Shown: piece by piece, positions 11,338 through 22,318 of the stretch | Layout of the letters: each line of letters starts with the position of its first letter | How positions within the stretch are numbered: the first letter of the stretch is position 1 | NCBI GenBank assembly: GCA_004431415.1 | Contig: QPMI01000036.1 | Span: 372,001 to 436,000 of the forward strand | Direction of reading: 5' to 3' | From: Cyanophora paradoxa CCMP329 | Taxonomy: Eukaryota > Plantae > Glaucophyta | DNA length: 64,000 nucleotides | Translations under genes and position numbers: made by a program | The notes under the pieces: generated by a model | Seen by the model: only the letters and a program-made list of their open reading frames with translations | What the model was told of the DNA's origin: nothing | Database searches by the model: none

Positions 11338-12672
11338 TCAGTGAGGGCCGGCGCCTGCCACGAACGCCGGCGCCTGCCGCGAGCCACTGATCGGATCACT
11401 TCTTGGCCTTCCCCTTCGCCGCCGCCTTGGAGCTGGACGTCCCTGCGCTCCCCGGCCCGTGAGAAGCGGCGAACAAGAGTGGGCGACGGCGGCGGCGGTC
11501 CCACCGGGGGCCGAAGAGGCCAAAGCCGCGCGCTCGGCGGCCGCCGCAGCCTCCTCCGCCGCATCCGCCGCTGCCTTAGCTGCCGCCGCGGCCTCTGCCG
11601 CTGCCTTTGCCGCCGTCTTTGCCGCTGCTGCCGCCTGCGCCGCCGCTTCCTGCGCTGCAGCCGTACCGCCCCCGCTGCCACTGCCGCTGCCACGAGCCTT
11701 CTTCACCGGAGGCTCCTCCTCGTCCTCGTCCTCCTCGTCCTCGTCATCCTCCTCCTCCCCCTCCCCCTCTTCTTCGTCCTCCTCCTGCTGGACAGGTGCT
11801 TATCGTGTGGGGCGGGGCGGGGGCGGGGCGGGGTGGAGGGGGGGGGGTGTAGGATTTAGGGGGGTACGAGGGGGTACGCACGTCGGGTAGATCTAGAAGT
11901 ACCTTGGCGTGATCACTGCATACGTACTCCAGCCAGGCACGCTTCACGAGAAGCTCGCGGAGGCGGAAGCGGGCAAGGACGGCGCCGGGGATGTCGGCTG
12001 GCCTTTGGGGGATAGTAGAGATGGCCGCGCCCCCTACCCCAAACACGTCCTCCATGACGCGGACCGTGCTGACGCTCTCGAAAGGCCTCGCGCTGACCAA
12101 GGACACCTTGAGCTCCCATTCGTCCGTCTCCGTCGAAGCGGTGTTGACGCTCTTGACAGTGAATGATGGCGCCGGCGTCGCAGCAGACCGCGGGAACGCG
12201 GACGAAGGGCCGTTATACTTCTCGGAACCGCTCTCAAGCTCAAGAACCTGGAGTCCAACGCCAAGTGGTTCGACTCGGCCGTATCCACGCCTCCGAGGAT
12301 CGTGAAGCCCGAAGGGGAGTTCACCGTCAGCGAGGCCCACAGGAACGAACTTGAGCCGGCCATTCCCAGCCGGGCCAACGCAGCGGTAGTCGACCGCGAA
12401 CCCGTCCCTGCCGAGAAGAGGCATCGCGGGATCGGGGTCCTGGCCATGGTTGTACTCCAGCTTGGCGCTCATTTTCAAGAGGACCTGCAGCTTCCCAGCC
12501 TGCAGCTTCCGCTTAAAGGCTGCGCTAAGAATTAGAACGAACATCCGCGACATCGATGACGCGTGTGACGCGTGTGTGCACCCTTGCCCGGATTCTTGCC
12601 CGCCCCCTTGCCCGGATCCTTGCCCGCGCCCTTGACCGGATTCTTGGAGCCTTTGCTGACCTTCGGGGACAT
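11338..12672 (-). CDS. Hypothetical protein: Lys/Gly-repeat N-terminus, globular middle, acidic tract and Ala-rich tail; at least 2 introns
   Basis: MSPKVSKGSKNPVKGAGKDPGKGAGKNPGK, GT..AG intron, AFKRKLQAGKLQVLLK...LLDLPD, GT..AG intron, QEEDEEEGEG...PPVKKAR (NLS-like); 3' end uncertain. Confidence 0.55.
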
Positions 12673-12908
12673 CGCTAGCTGTGGCCGATCACTCTGCGAT
12701 GCGCCGCGCGCGGCGTGGCCTTTGCTAAGCCGATGATTTGGTTGGCTGAGCTGAGTCGAGCAGCTGAGCGTTGGCGTTACCGAAGGCAGACTGAGAGCTG
12801 GCTCGAGACGGTTGGATGTGCCGAGCTGATCGTGCCTGACTCGACTGATTTGATCCAGGACAGCTGGGTACAGGAAGCTCCGGCGCAAAATCTCGTTCGT
12901 CCAGCGCC

Positions 12909-15865
12909 ATGGAGCCCGCGTTCGTCTCGGGCATCGCCGTCATTCGCCAAGCATGCATCGCCCCAGTGCAGCCGGTCACCGCGAAGAATCGGGCGGAGCA
13001 GGGGCGCACGCAGCGCCGGCTGCGCGCCAAGTTCCTGGGCCAGCAGATCGCCCAGTCGTTCGATGTTAGGCCGGCAGTGCACTTCTCGGCCGGCCCCGCC
13101 GCCCCCCGCTGCGAGGCCGCCCCCGCTGTCGCTGCCGCTCCCGCCGCCGACGCCGAGGAGGAGGAGGAGGTGCAGATTGAGGTAACGAAGGACATGCAGA
13201 ACACGGAGGTTCAGCGCCGCCGGTGCGCGGCCGCCGTTAGCTAAGCGGCTTGAGCGCCAGCGCTCCCCGCCCCCAGAGGGGCGCTGCACTGCGCCGCTGA
13301 CCTGTCCTTCGCGCAGCAATTTTGCCATTATCTCTCATCCCGACTCGTGCGCAAGCGCCCGCAGCTCAGAGCGGGCGTGACCGCTGACCCTCTTTACGCT
13401 TCCTCCGCCCCGCAGCGGCAAGACGACGCTGACGGAGAAGCTGCTGCTCTATGGAGGCGCCATCCAGGAGGCCGGGGCCGTCAAGGCGAGCCCGGGCGCG
13501 ACGCGGGCGGCCGCCGCCGCGTGCGAGCGCGCCTGACCGGCGGCGCCGGCGCGCAGGCGCGGCGGAACGCGCGGTCGGCGACGTCGGACTGGATGGAGCT
13601 GGAGAAGCAGCGCGGCATCTCCATCACCTCCACCGTCCTCCAGTTCGAGTACACGGCGCGCCGGCCCTCCCCCGCGCCCCTCGCCCGCGCCCACGCGTCC
13701 CCGCCGCTGACGCGCGCGCCTCGCGGACGGCAGGGCGCGTGCGTGAACCTGCTGGACACGCCGGGGCACCAGGACTTCTCGGAGGACACGTACCGCACGC
13801 TGGCCGCCGCCGACAATGCGGTCATGCTCATCGACGCCGGCAAGGGCCTCGAGCCCCAGACCCGCAAGTGCGCCCGCGCGGACTCTGCGCGCCCCGCGCG
13901 CACCGCCTCACACCTCTTCCTTCCAGGCTGTTCGAAGTCTGCCGGATGCGGGAGTGCGCCCCTTGCCCCGGCCGGCGCCCCCCCCGCCCCGGCCTCCCTT
14001 AGCTCCCCTCCCGCAGGCTGCCGATCTTCACGTTCTTCAACAAGATGGACAGGCCCTCGCTGGCGCCGCTGGAGCTGATCGACGAGATCGAGCGGGAGCT
14101 GGGGATGGCGGTGTACCCCGTGGTGTGGCCCATCGGCTCGGGTGACCGCTTCAAGGGCGTCTACGACCGCGCCTCCCGCAAGGTCCACCTCTTCACGTGC
14201 GCCCCGCCGGCCCCGCTCTGCATCCTACACGAGGCTGTGAGCTCGTCGCGCCCTCCGCCCTGACCCGGCGCGCCCCGCAGGCGCACGGCGCACGGCTCGA
14301 AGGCGGCGCAGGCGAGGACCGTCGACATCGTCCGCCCCGCCCCGCCCCGCCCGCACTGCGCCCCACCGCCCGCCCCCTCCGACGCCCCTTGGCCCCGCAG
14401 GAGGACCCGGAGCTGGAGTCGCTGCTGGAGGGGGAGCTGTACATGCAGCTGCTGGAGGACATCGAGATCCTGGACATGGCCGGCTCGGAGCTCGACATCG
14501 AGGCCGTGCACGCCGGCCAGCTCACCGCCGCCTTCTTCGGCTCCGCCGCCAACAACTTCGGCGTCCAGGCGAGGCGCCTTACTGGCTCGGTCGGACTCGG
14601 AGGCCTGAGGCGGGGGGCGGGGCGGCAGATCTTCCTGGACAGCTTCCTGGAGCTGGCGCGGCGCCCGACGGCCTTCGACTCCTCCGTCGGCGAGGTCGCC
14701 CCCGTCCACGACGACTTCACCGGCTTCGTCTTCAAGCTCCAGGCCCGCCCCCGCGCGCCCCCGCCCCCGCCCCCGCCCGCCCGGCGCCCCGATCCAACCG
14801 CGGCGCGCGCGCAGGCGAACATGGACCCGAAGCACCGGGACCGTATGGCCTTCGTGCGCGTCTGCTCCGGCGTCTTCCGCAAGGGCATGACCGTCCAGAA
14901 CGCCGTGCGCCCCGCCGGACCCCCCGCCCCCCCAGCCGCCGCCCCTCTCGCGCTCCCGCCGAGCCGGGCGGGCCGGGGCGCAGCGGACGGGGAAGACGGT
15001 GCGGCTCAACCAGTCCCAGAAGCTCTTCGGCCAGGACCGCGAGTCCGTCGAGATCGCCTACCCCGGAGACATCGTGAGCCCCGCCCGCCCCGCCTCCCGC
15101 GCCCGGTGCCGACGCGCGCCTCCCGCCCTTCCCCGCGCAGGTCGGCCTGAACAACCCCGTGCGGCCCCGCCCGCCCCCGCCCCCGCCCCTGCCCCCGCCC
15201 GTGTGACCCGCGTACCCCCCCAGGGCGCGTTCGCGATCGGGGACACGGTGTTCAACGGGAAGCGCCTCGAGTTCCCGCCCATCCCCTCCTTCTCCCCCGA
15301 GATCTTCGCCAAGGCAGCGGCCCCCCGCCCACCCCTCCCGCCCCCTCGGACCTGACGCGCGGCCGGCCCCGCGCAGCTGATCAGCCCGAACCCGTCGAAG
15401 TACAAGAACTTCAACAAGGGCCTCACCCAGCTCCTCGAGGAGGGCGCCGTCCAGGCACGCCCCGCACCACGCAGCAAAGCCTTGTGATTCGGCTTCTGAC
15501 GTGCCCCCGTGCAGGTGCTGTACGCGAAGGAGGACACGGCGCAGCGGGAGCCGATCCTGGCCGCCGTCGGGCAGCTCCAGTTCGAGGTCGTCCAGAGCCG
15601 CCTCCAGCAGGAGTACGGCGTCGAGACGGAGACGCAGACGCTGCCCTACACCCTCGCCCGCTGGGTCCCCGGCGGCTGGGAGGCGCTGGAGGCCATCGGG
15701 CCCCTCTTCAGCTCGCAGTGCACGGCCTTCTGCGACCGCTGGAACCGGCCCGTGCTGCTCTTCCGCAACTCCTGGAACCTCGACAGCTTCGTCGAGGAGC
15801 ACGGCGCCAAGCTCGAGCTCGTCGCCACCGCCCTGCCCCCGAAGGCCGAGCCCGGGAAGAAGTGA
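12909..15865 (+). CDS. prfC: Peptide chain release factor 3 (bacterial-type translational GTPase) with probable plastid transit peptide; 15 introns
   Basis: [124 protein letters not shown]; N-terminus MEPAFVSG. Confidence 0.96.
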
Positions 15866-16275
15866 TACAAAGCCCGAGGCCCGCTTAGCTTTCTTAGCTT
15901 TCTTCTTCTTCTTCGCTTCCTTTCTGCTTGCGCGCCCGTTCTAGCTCCCCGACCCTCTGTCGCCCTTCGTTGTTCACGAGTTGCATGCATCGAGACTGAA
16001 GACGAGATGACTGGCAGTGTGGCGAGGCCGGGCGGCCGGCGACGAAGACGAATGAAAGCGCATGGTTAACAGTAGCAGGTACAACGAGGGTGGCACACTG
16101 TATACGTAGTCTTCGTACGGAAGGCGGGGAGGACGATCACGGGGCGGAGGGAGAGAGAGAAAGAACCTCGGGAGGCGTAAAAAAGGAACGGATGGATGTG
16201 CCGGGCGGGAGACTCGAAGATCGCGGACGGTTTCGACGGGGGAAGGCAGAACAGGAGGGACGCGGGGCTCGGCCC

Positions 16276-17337
16276 TCACTTGGGCGTGCCGGGCTCATTC
16301 GAATCCCTGCGCAGCCCCAGCGTGAGCACGACTCACATTCAGATGCCACTAGAAGAGGAGCGTACCAGAACTGGATCGTCATCTTTGTGTCGAGGTCCGT
16401 GCTCTCGATGATCTGCGCGGGAACGTAAGCGTTGCAGGGGGTCGCCCGGAGGGAAAACGCCGTACCGACTTGAACTCCTCGAACGAAAGCATGCCATCAC
16501 GGTCCTTGTCCGCCTCGATGATCGTCTTGTCGACGATCTGCTGCAGCTGCACGTCTGCGGCACCCGGGCTTAGCTAGACAGCGGACTCGCCGCAGGCGCA
16601 TAGCGAGTCGATCGCACGCACCGTTCAGGTTGTTGCCAACCATGAGCTTGAGCACAGTGAAGAGCTCCCCGTTGGAAATGAAACCGTCCTCGTCAACATC
16701 GTACACCTTGAACGCGACTGCGCGAGCGGGGCGCGTCATCAGGCTGCGCCTCAAACGCGGCGAAACTACGAGAGGCATGCGGGGGCGCACAGCGAAGCTT
16801 CTCCTCCTTGTCGCCCTTGACGGAGAAGATGGAGAGAGCCGAGATGAACTCCTTGAAGTTCACAGTGTTGTCGTGATCCGTATCGAAGATTGATATAACA
16901 CGCAGCACGAGCGGGTTGGACGCGAGCTCTGCGCGTCCCCGGTGAGCAACCGCGGCAAGCACACGGAGGTAGGGTTTGGGCTGACCAGGTATGGAAAGGA
17001 ACTCATCGACCGAAATGTCGCCCGAGTTGTCTTTGTCCAGGCGCTTGAATCTCCTGTGTAGCCGCCTGATCTCTTTCTGGCTAACTGTTTTCGGCGCGGG
17101 TGCGTCAGCGGTGGCAGGCCCGGGCTCTCGGATAACCGGCGCTATCCCTCCAGCAGTGATCCTAACATGCATGTGCTCTGCCTCGTTCGCTAGAAGGGCC
17201 GGGGGGGGCGACGCACAGTGCGAGGCCTTCTCGATGGCCTCAATCTCGTGAGGCTTCAAGGCTGCTCCCGCGTTACCCTGAGGAGCACGTCAAAGCGCAC
17301 GGGCGAAGCCTGGGCGCGACGCGCTTTCGCGCACCAT
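16276..17337 (-). CDS. CNB1: Calcineurin regulatory subunit B (four EF hands); first coding exon is the ATG alone
   Basis: M|[17 protein letters not shown] (myristoylation-type Gly2), [94 protein letters not shown]. Confidence 0.95.
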
Positions 17338-17624
17338 GGGTACGATGAACTATAATGGGGGGAGAAGAAAGGGGGGGATGACCCTTTGATCCCTAGCGGT
17401 TCAGCCGGTTCTTCAGCCGGTTCTTCAGCAGCCGGTTAGACGGGGTCCAAGACGGCGGGGCGGGCCATAGGTCGGGACGGCCTGCAGCCTGCAGCGCTGG
17501 CCCGGGCAAGCCATCTGAGCATTCCCCTGGCCGCTCGCAGCTGTAAGCTGTGCTGCAGCGTCCCGCAGAGCGCCGAGAGAGATTTTGAAGCACCTGTAGA
17601 GCGCCGCGCGAAGCGCGCGCGACC

Positions 17625-20600
17625 ATGTTTCCTGCGCGTGTGATGGCGCCGGCGCCGGCCGCAGCATATGCATGCGCAGCGCCATCGCCCTGGCCTTGGA
17701 GCGCGCGAGCGCATCTTGGCTGGAGCCAGCCAGCGAGGGCGAATTCGAATGGGCATCATTCTGCGCCGGTGCCGACGCCAGCTGCAGCTGTCAGTGAGCA
17801 GGACGCGCTTGCCCTCTACGGCATCCGTATGGAGGGGCATGCGGACTTCGGGAGCGTCGACGTGGACGACCGGCAGGTCCACATCCGGCAGATCATCATC
17901 TCCATCCGCGGGCGTCCGTGGATGCCGCTGCGCATCGACCTGCACCCGGCCTCCTCCGACTTCAGGGTCCTCGTTGGCGGCAGCGCCCACCACAAGGCCG
18001 CGAGGATACCCGACGGCGGCCTCCAGACGACGGTCGTCGCGAAAACGCCTCTCCGGCTGCAGATTATGTTCAGACACGCGGGCCAGCTGGGCGTCTCCCG
18101 CCAGGCGATCGTGCTGCAGTTCGGGGTGGCGCCCCCGGACGTTCTCGCTGTCACGCGCAAGTGCTTCGCGGCCGTCGTGCGAGTCGCGGACCAGGCAGCC
18201 CTCAACGCGGAGGCCCCGCCCTTCTACCCGCAGCACCTGCGGCGGCTCTTCGACGGGGCGGCGCCCCCCGCCCTCCTCCACGTCGCGAGCGCGCCACCGC
18301 TGCCCTCCTACGCCTCCCGCGAATCCTATCCTGGCCTCTACCCCGTCCCTGACGCGCTCCTCGCCCCTCCCGACGAGCTCGCGGTGCGGGGCCCGCCCCG
18401 CGCCCCGCCGCCCGCCGCCTGACGCACTCGCAGAAGCTGCCGCCGCTGGCGGCCGATGCAGGCCCGCTTGGGTACCTGGAGCACTTCCACAAGGCGCTGT
18501 TCATCGAGGAGGTGCAGATGCTCCACGACATCAAGGTCCCCCGGCCCCCCCCACTCCCCGTTAAGCTTCCGCCTCGACGCGCGCGACGGGCCGGGCGGCA
18601 GGCCTACGACCTCTTCCACGTCGCCCTGGCGCCGGCGGGCCGCGACTCGCCGCCGACTCTCCGCCGCCTCCGCGTCCCTGGCCTCCCCGAGAAGCGGCCC
18701 GACCTCCAGTGTGAGTATCTCCCGCCGAGCCCGTGTGAGGCGTGACGGGGAGCAGACGGGGACCTGCTGCGCGTGCGGGTGGCGGATAGCGACCAGGTCG
18801 AGTACCGCTGCTTCGTGCAGGCGGTCCTCGCGGCGCAGGCGCAGGTCCTCGCGGTCGTGCCGCAGGCCTTCGCGCTCCGCTGGCCCCCGCAGGGCCCGGC
18901 GCCCCGCTGTCACGTGCGCTTCACCTTCTGTCGCATGGGCCTCCGCCGCATGCACCAGGTCTCCGCGGGAAGAGTTCGCTCGGAGCGAGGGGAAGCCCTC
19001 ACTCCGACCGCAGGCCCTCGACGACGTCGTCGCGGCGGGGGCGGTGCCCCTCTTCCCCGCCGTGCCCCGCTCCGTCCTCGTCCTCGGCCCGCCCCGGCCT
19101 CGCGACCTCGACGCCGCCGAGGCCGACGCGGGGGCCGGGCTCGACGGCGAGCTCGAGGCCGGCGAGGCGTTCGGGGACCAGCTCGACGGGGAGGCGGAGG
19201 CGGGGGCGGAGGTGGCGGAGGACGAGGCCGCGGCGGCCCTCCACGGCCGCGGTGCACCGCCTGCACCCCCCGCGCCTCCCCGCCGCTCACGCCGCGGCAG
19301 ACGCGCTGGGTGTTCCGTACGACGCAGGGCACGGCGGGCCGTGCTTCCCCGTCATACGCGCGGCCTTCCCCTACGGGCCCGACGCCGGGCGCGAGGAGGG
19401 GCACAGCCGGCGGCGCCACCCGCGGCTGCAGCCGTCTCGCGAACTGAACCCCGAACAGCTCGAGGCCGTCGCCCGCGCCGTCGTCCGCCCGGGCCCCCAC
19501 CCCGCCCACCCCCGCCCCGCCGACCGCCGCGCAGCTGCACCCGCCCACCGGCGCGCCCTTCCTCGTCTGGGGCCCCGTCGGCACCGGGTGCGCTTCCTGC
19601 GCCTGTGCTCGGGCCGCCCGCTGAGCGGGGGCGCAGGAAGACGATGACGGCGGTGGAGGTGGTCGTGCAGGCGGCCCGCCGCTCGCCCGCAGCCCGCGTC
19701 CTCGTCGTCGCCCCCTCCAACTCGGCCGCCGACACCATCTGCTCCCGCCTCGCCCCGTCCGCGCCCTCGCCCCTCCCGCCCGCGGCGGGCCTCACGACCT
19801 GCGCAGGCACTTTCCGAAGGGCGCCATGTTCCGACTGTGCGCTGCCCCGCCCAGCACCCGGCGCGCTCTGATCTGGGGCGAACGGCAGGAACGGCTTCCA
19901 GCGGCCGCCCGCGTCCGTCTTCGCGGCCGTCCTGCCCTACTGCGTCACCGACGCCGCGACGGGCATCTTCGGCGCGTCTCGCGCCGCGCCGCGCCACGCC
20001 CGCCGGCCGCGAGCCGCCCGCAGACGTGCCGCCCCTCGAGGAGCTCGCCGCCTTCCGCGTCGTCCTCGCCGTGCGCCCCTCCCGGCCCGCGTTTAGAAGC
20101 ATTTCTTCGAAGCATCTTATAAGAGCTATAAGAAGCTGTTAGAAGCCTGTTAGAAGCCTGTTAGAAGGTCCTCGGCGCCCTCGCCGTGCGCCCGAATTTG
20201 TTTAGAAGCTAGAAGTTCACGAATAGAAGCTTAAGAGGCTATTAGAGCATGCTAGAAGCCTGTTAGAAGCCTGTTAGAAGGTCCTCGGCGCCCTCGCCGT
20301 GCGCCCCGCCCCGCCCCGGCCCGCCGCCCGCCGCCCGCCGACGGGCCGCAGACCTGCGCGGGCTCCGGCATCCTCCGCTCCCTCGGCCTCCCCGCCGGCC
20401 ACTTCCACTGGATCGTGTACGACGGCGCGCCCGCCGGCCCGCCCCCGCCGCGCCCGCGCCTCACCGCCGCGCAGAGGCGGGGCAGGCACTGGAGCCGGAG
20501 GCCCTCATCCCGCTGCAGAACGCCTCCGCCTCCACGCGGGTCGTCATCGCGGGGGACCCCCGCCAGCTGGGGCCCCTCGTCCGCTCGCCCCTCGCCGGCC

Positions 20601-21886
20601 GGCTCGGCCTCCACGTCTCGCTGCAGGCCCGCCCCCCGCCCCGCCCCGCCCCGCCGCCCGCCCGACGCACCGCAGGAGCGGCTGCTGGGGCAGGGGCCCT
20701 ACGCGAGGCGGGACCCGCGCTACCTCACGACGCTCCGCCGCAACTACCGCTCGCAGGCCGCCCTCCTCGAGGCCCGCCCCCCGCCCTCTCGCCGAGTCGC
20801 CCCCGCCGCGCGGCTCATGATCACGGCCGGCAGGTGCCGGGGCGGCTCTTCTACGAGGGGCGCCTCGTCGCGGCCGCGGAGCGGGACGAGGCGCTGCTCG
20901 GGTGGGGCGAGCTGGCGGCCCCCGTGCCCCTCCTCTTTTTCTCCGTCGAGGGCCAGGACGTGCGCGACGTCGACTCGCCCTCGCTGCACAATCCCATCGA
21001 GGCGAGCGCCGTCTGCGAGCTCGTCCTCAAGCTCCTCGCCTTCGGCTCCTCCGCCGCCGCCTCCAGGCTCACCACCGACTCCATCGGAGTCATCGCCCCG
21101 TACCGCAAGCAGGCGCCCCCCGCGGCCCCGTCCCCACCGGGCCGCCCTCACGCCGCGCCCGGCCCCCTCCGCAGGTTAGGTCCCTGCGCACGCTGCTCCG
21201 CTCCCGAGGCCTTGGCGCCATTCGAGGTGCTGCGCCGCCCAGCGCCCCGCCTGCCGGCCGACGGAGCCAGCGCCGCAGTGGGCACGGAATCCGACTATCA
21301 AGGCCAGGAAGAGAGGGTCAGGCGTCTTGCTTCTTCCCCCCTTCCGCCAGTCATTCCCCGCCCCGGCCCGCGCAGGTGATCATCGTGTCGACCACGGTGG
21401 CGCGGAAGGGCCGCCTCGCGCAAGCGCGGGAGCAGCGGCTCGGCTTCCTCAGGGACCCGAGGTCCTTCAACGTCGCCGTGACGCGCGCCAAGGCGCTGCT
21501 CATCGTCGTCGGCCACGCTGCCGTCCTCTCCGACGACCCCTGCTGGCGCGCCCTCATCCAGCACGCCGCCAAGCTCGGCGCCTACAAGGTGCTGCCCCGC
21601 GGCCGCCCCCGGCCCCGCCCGCCGAGGCTGACGGCCGCGGCCGCAGGGGGCGCCGTGCGAGGCGGCGGCGGCGGCGGCGGGCGGGGCGGAGGCGTCTGTG
21701 GAGGAGGTGGCGCGGGCGGCGGCGGAGCGGCTGCTGCTCGGGGCGGAGGAGGACGCGTTCCCCCCGCTCGACAACCTGGGGCACTTCTACGCCGACGCCG
21801 ACGACCTCGAGGTCCGCCCCGCGCCCGCCGCCGCCGCCGCCGCTGCCGCCGCCCCTCACCCGTCGCAGTTCCGCGTCGTCCTCTGA
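17625..21886 (+). CDS. MOV10: MOV10/SDE3/Armitage-like superfamily 1B RNA helicase; multi-exon
   Basis: PFLVWGPVGTG|KT, VLVVAPSNSAAD, HWIVYD|EAGQALEPEALIPL, VIAGDPRQLGP, TLRRNYRS, IGVIAPYRKQ, YQGQEERVIIVST, LGFLRDPRSFNVAVTRAKALLIVVG..DPCWRAL. Confidence 0.88.
20065..20306. repeat. Intronic ~115-bp tandem duplication built from TTAGAAGCCTG subrepeats
   Basis: TAGAAGCCTGTTAGAAGCCTGTTAGAAGGTCCTCGGCGCCCTCGCCGTGCGCCC occurs twice; the exon-donor junction CTCGCC|GTGCGCCC occurs three times. Confidence 0.85.
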
Positions 21887-22318
21887 ATCCCCTCCCCCCC
21901 CTCCCCCCCCTCCTCCCCCCCCCCTTTCTTCGAGCCTTCTCGTGCCCGAAGGTCCTTTCTCCGCTTCCGAGCATGGAATGCCGTCGTTGGAATGGAGCGA
22001 GCATGCCTCGTTTTGGCCCGTGTTCGTGACAACGGCGCATTTCGTGAGTGCTCCGCCGGGCCGACGCGGACCTAGGATGCGTGGACGAGCGAGGTCGAAC
22101 GTCCACTTGGGCCGCCTCCGAGCCAGGCCGCATAACTCCGGACGCTGAACACGACTGCTGCTCAGCGGCTGACGTCGACATCTCCCTTCCCGGAGTCCGA
22201 CGGTCCCATCGCACAGGCCCAGTTGGAGCTCGGAGTATCAATCGAATGCTTGAATTACGTGAAATCAGCGTGACTACGAGCGCATTGGCGGGAACCGGGC
22301 TGGCCGCATGGGCCAAGG

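Noticed and set aside
17625-21886. Functional link between the MOV10/SDE3 silencing helicase and the nearby element
   Set aside because: About 13 kb and four unrelated genes apart; proximity alone carries no evidence in a eukaryotic genome.
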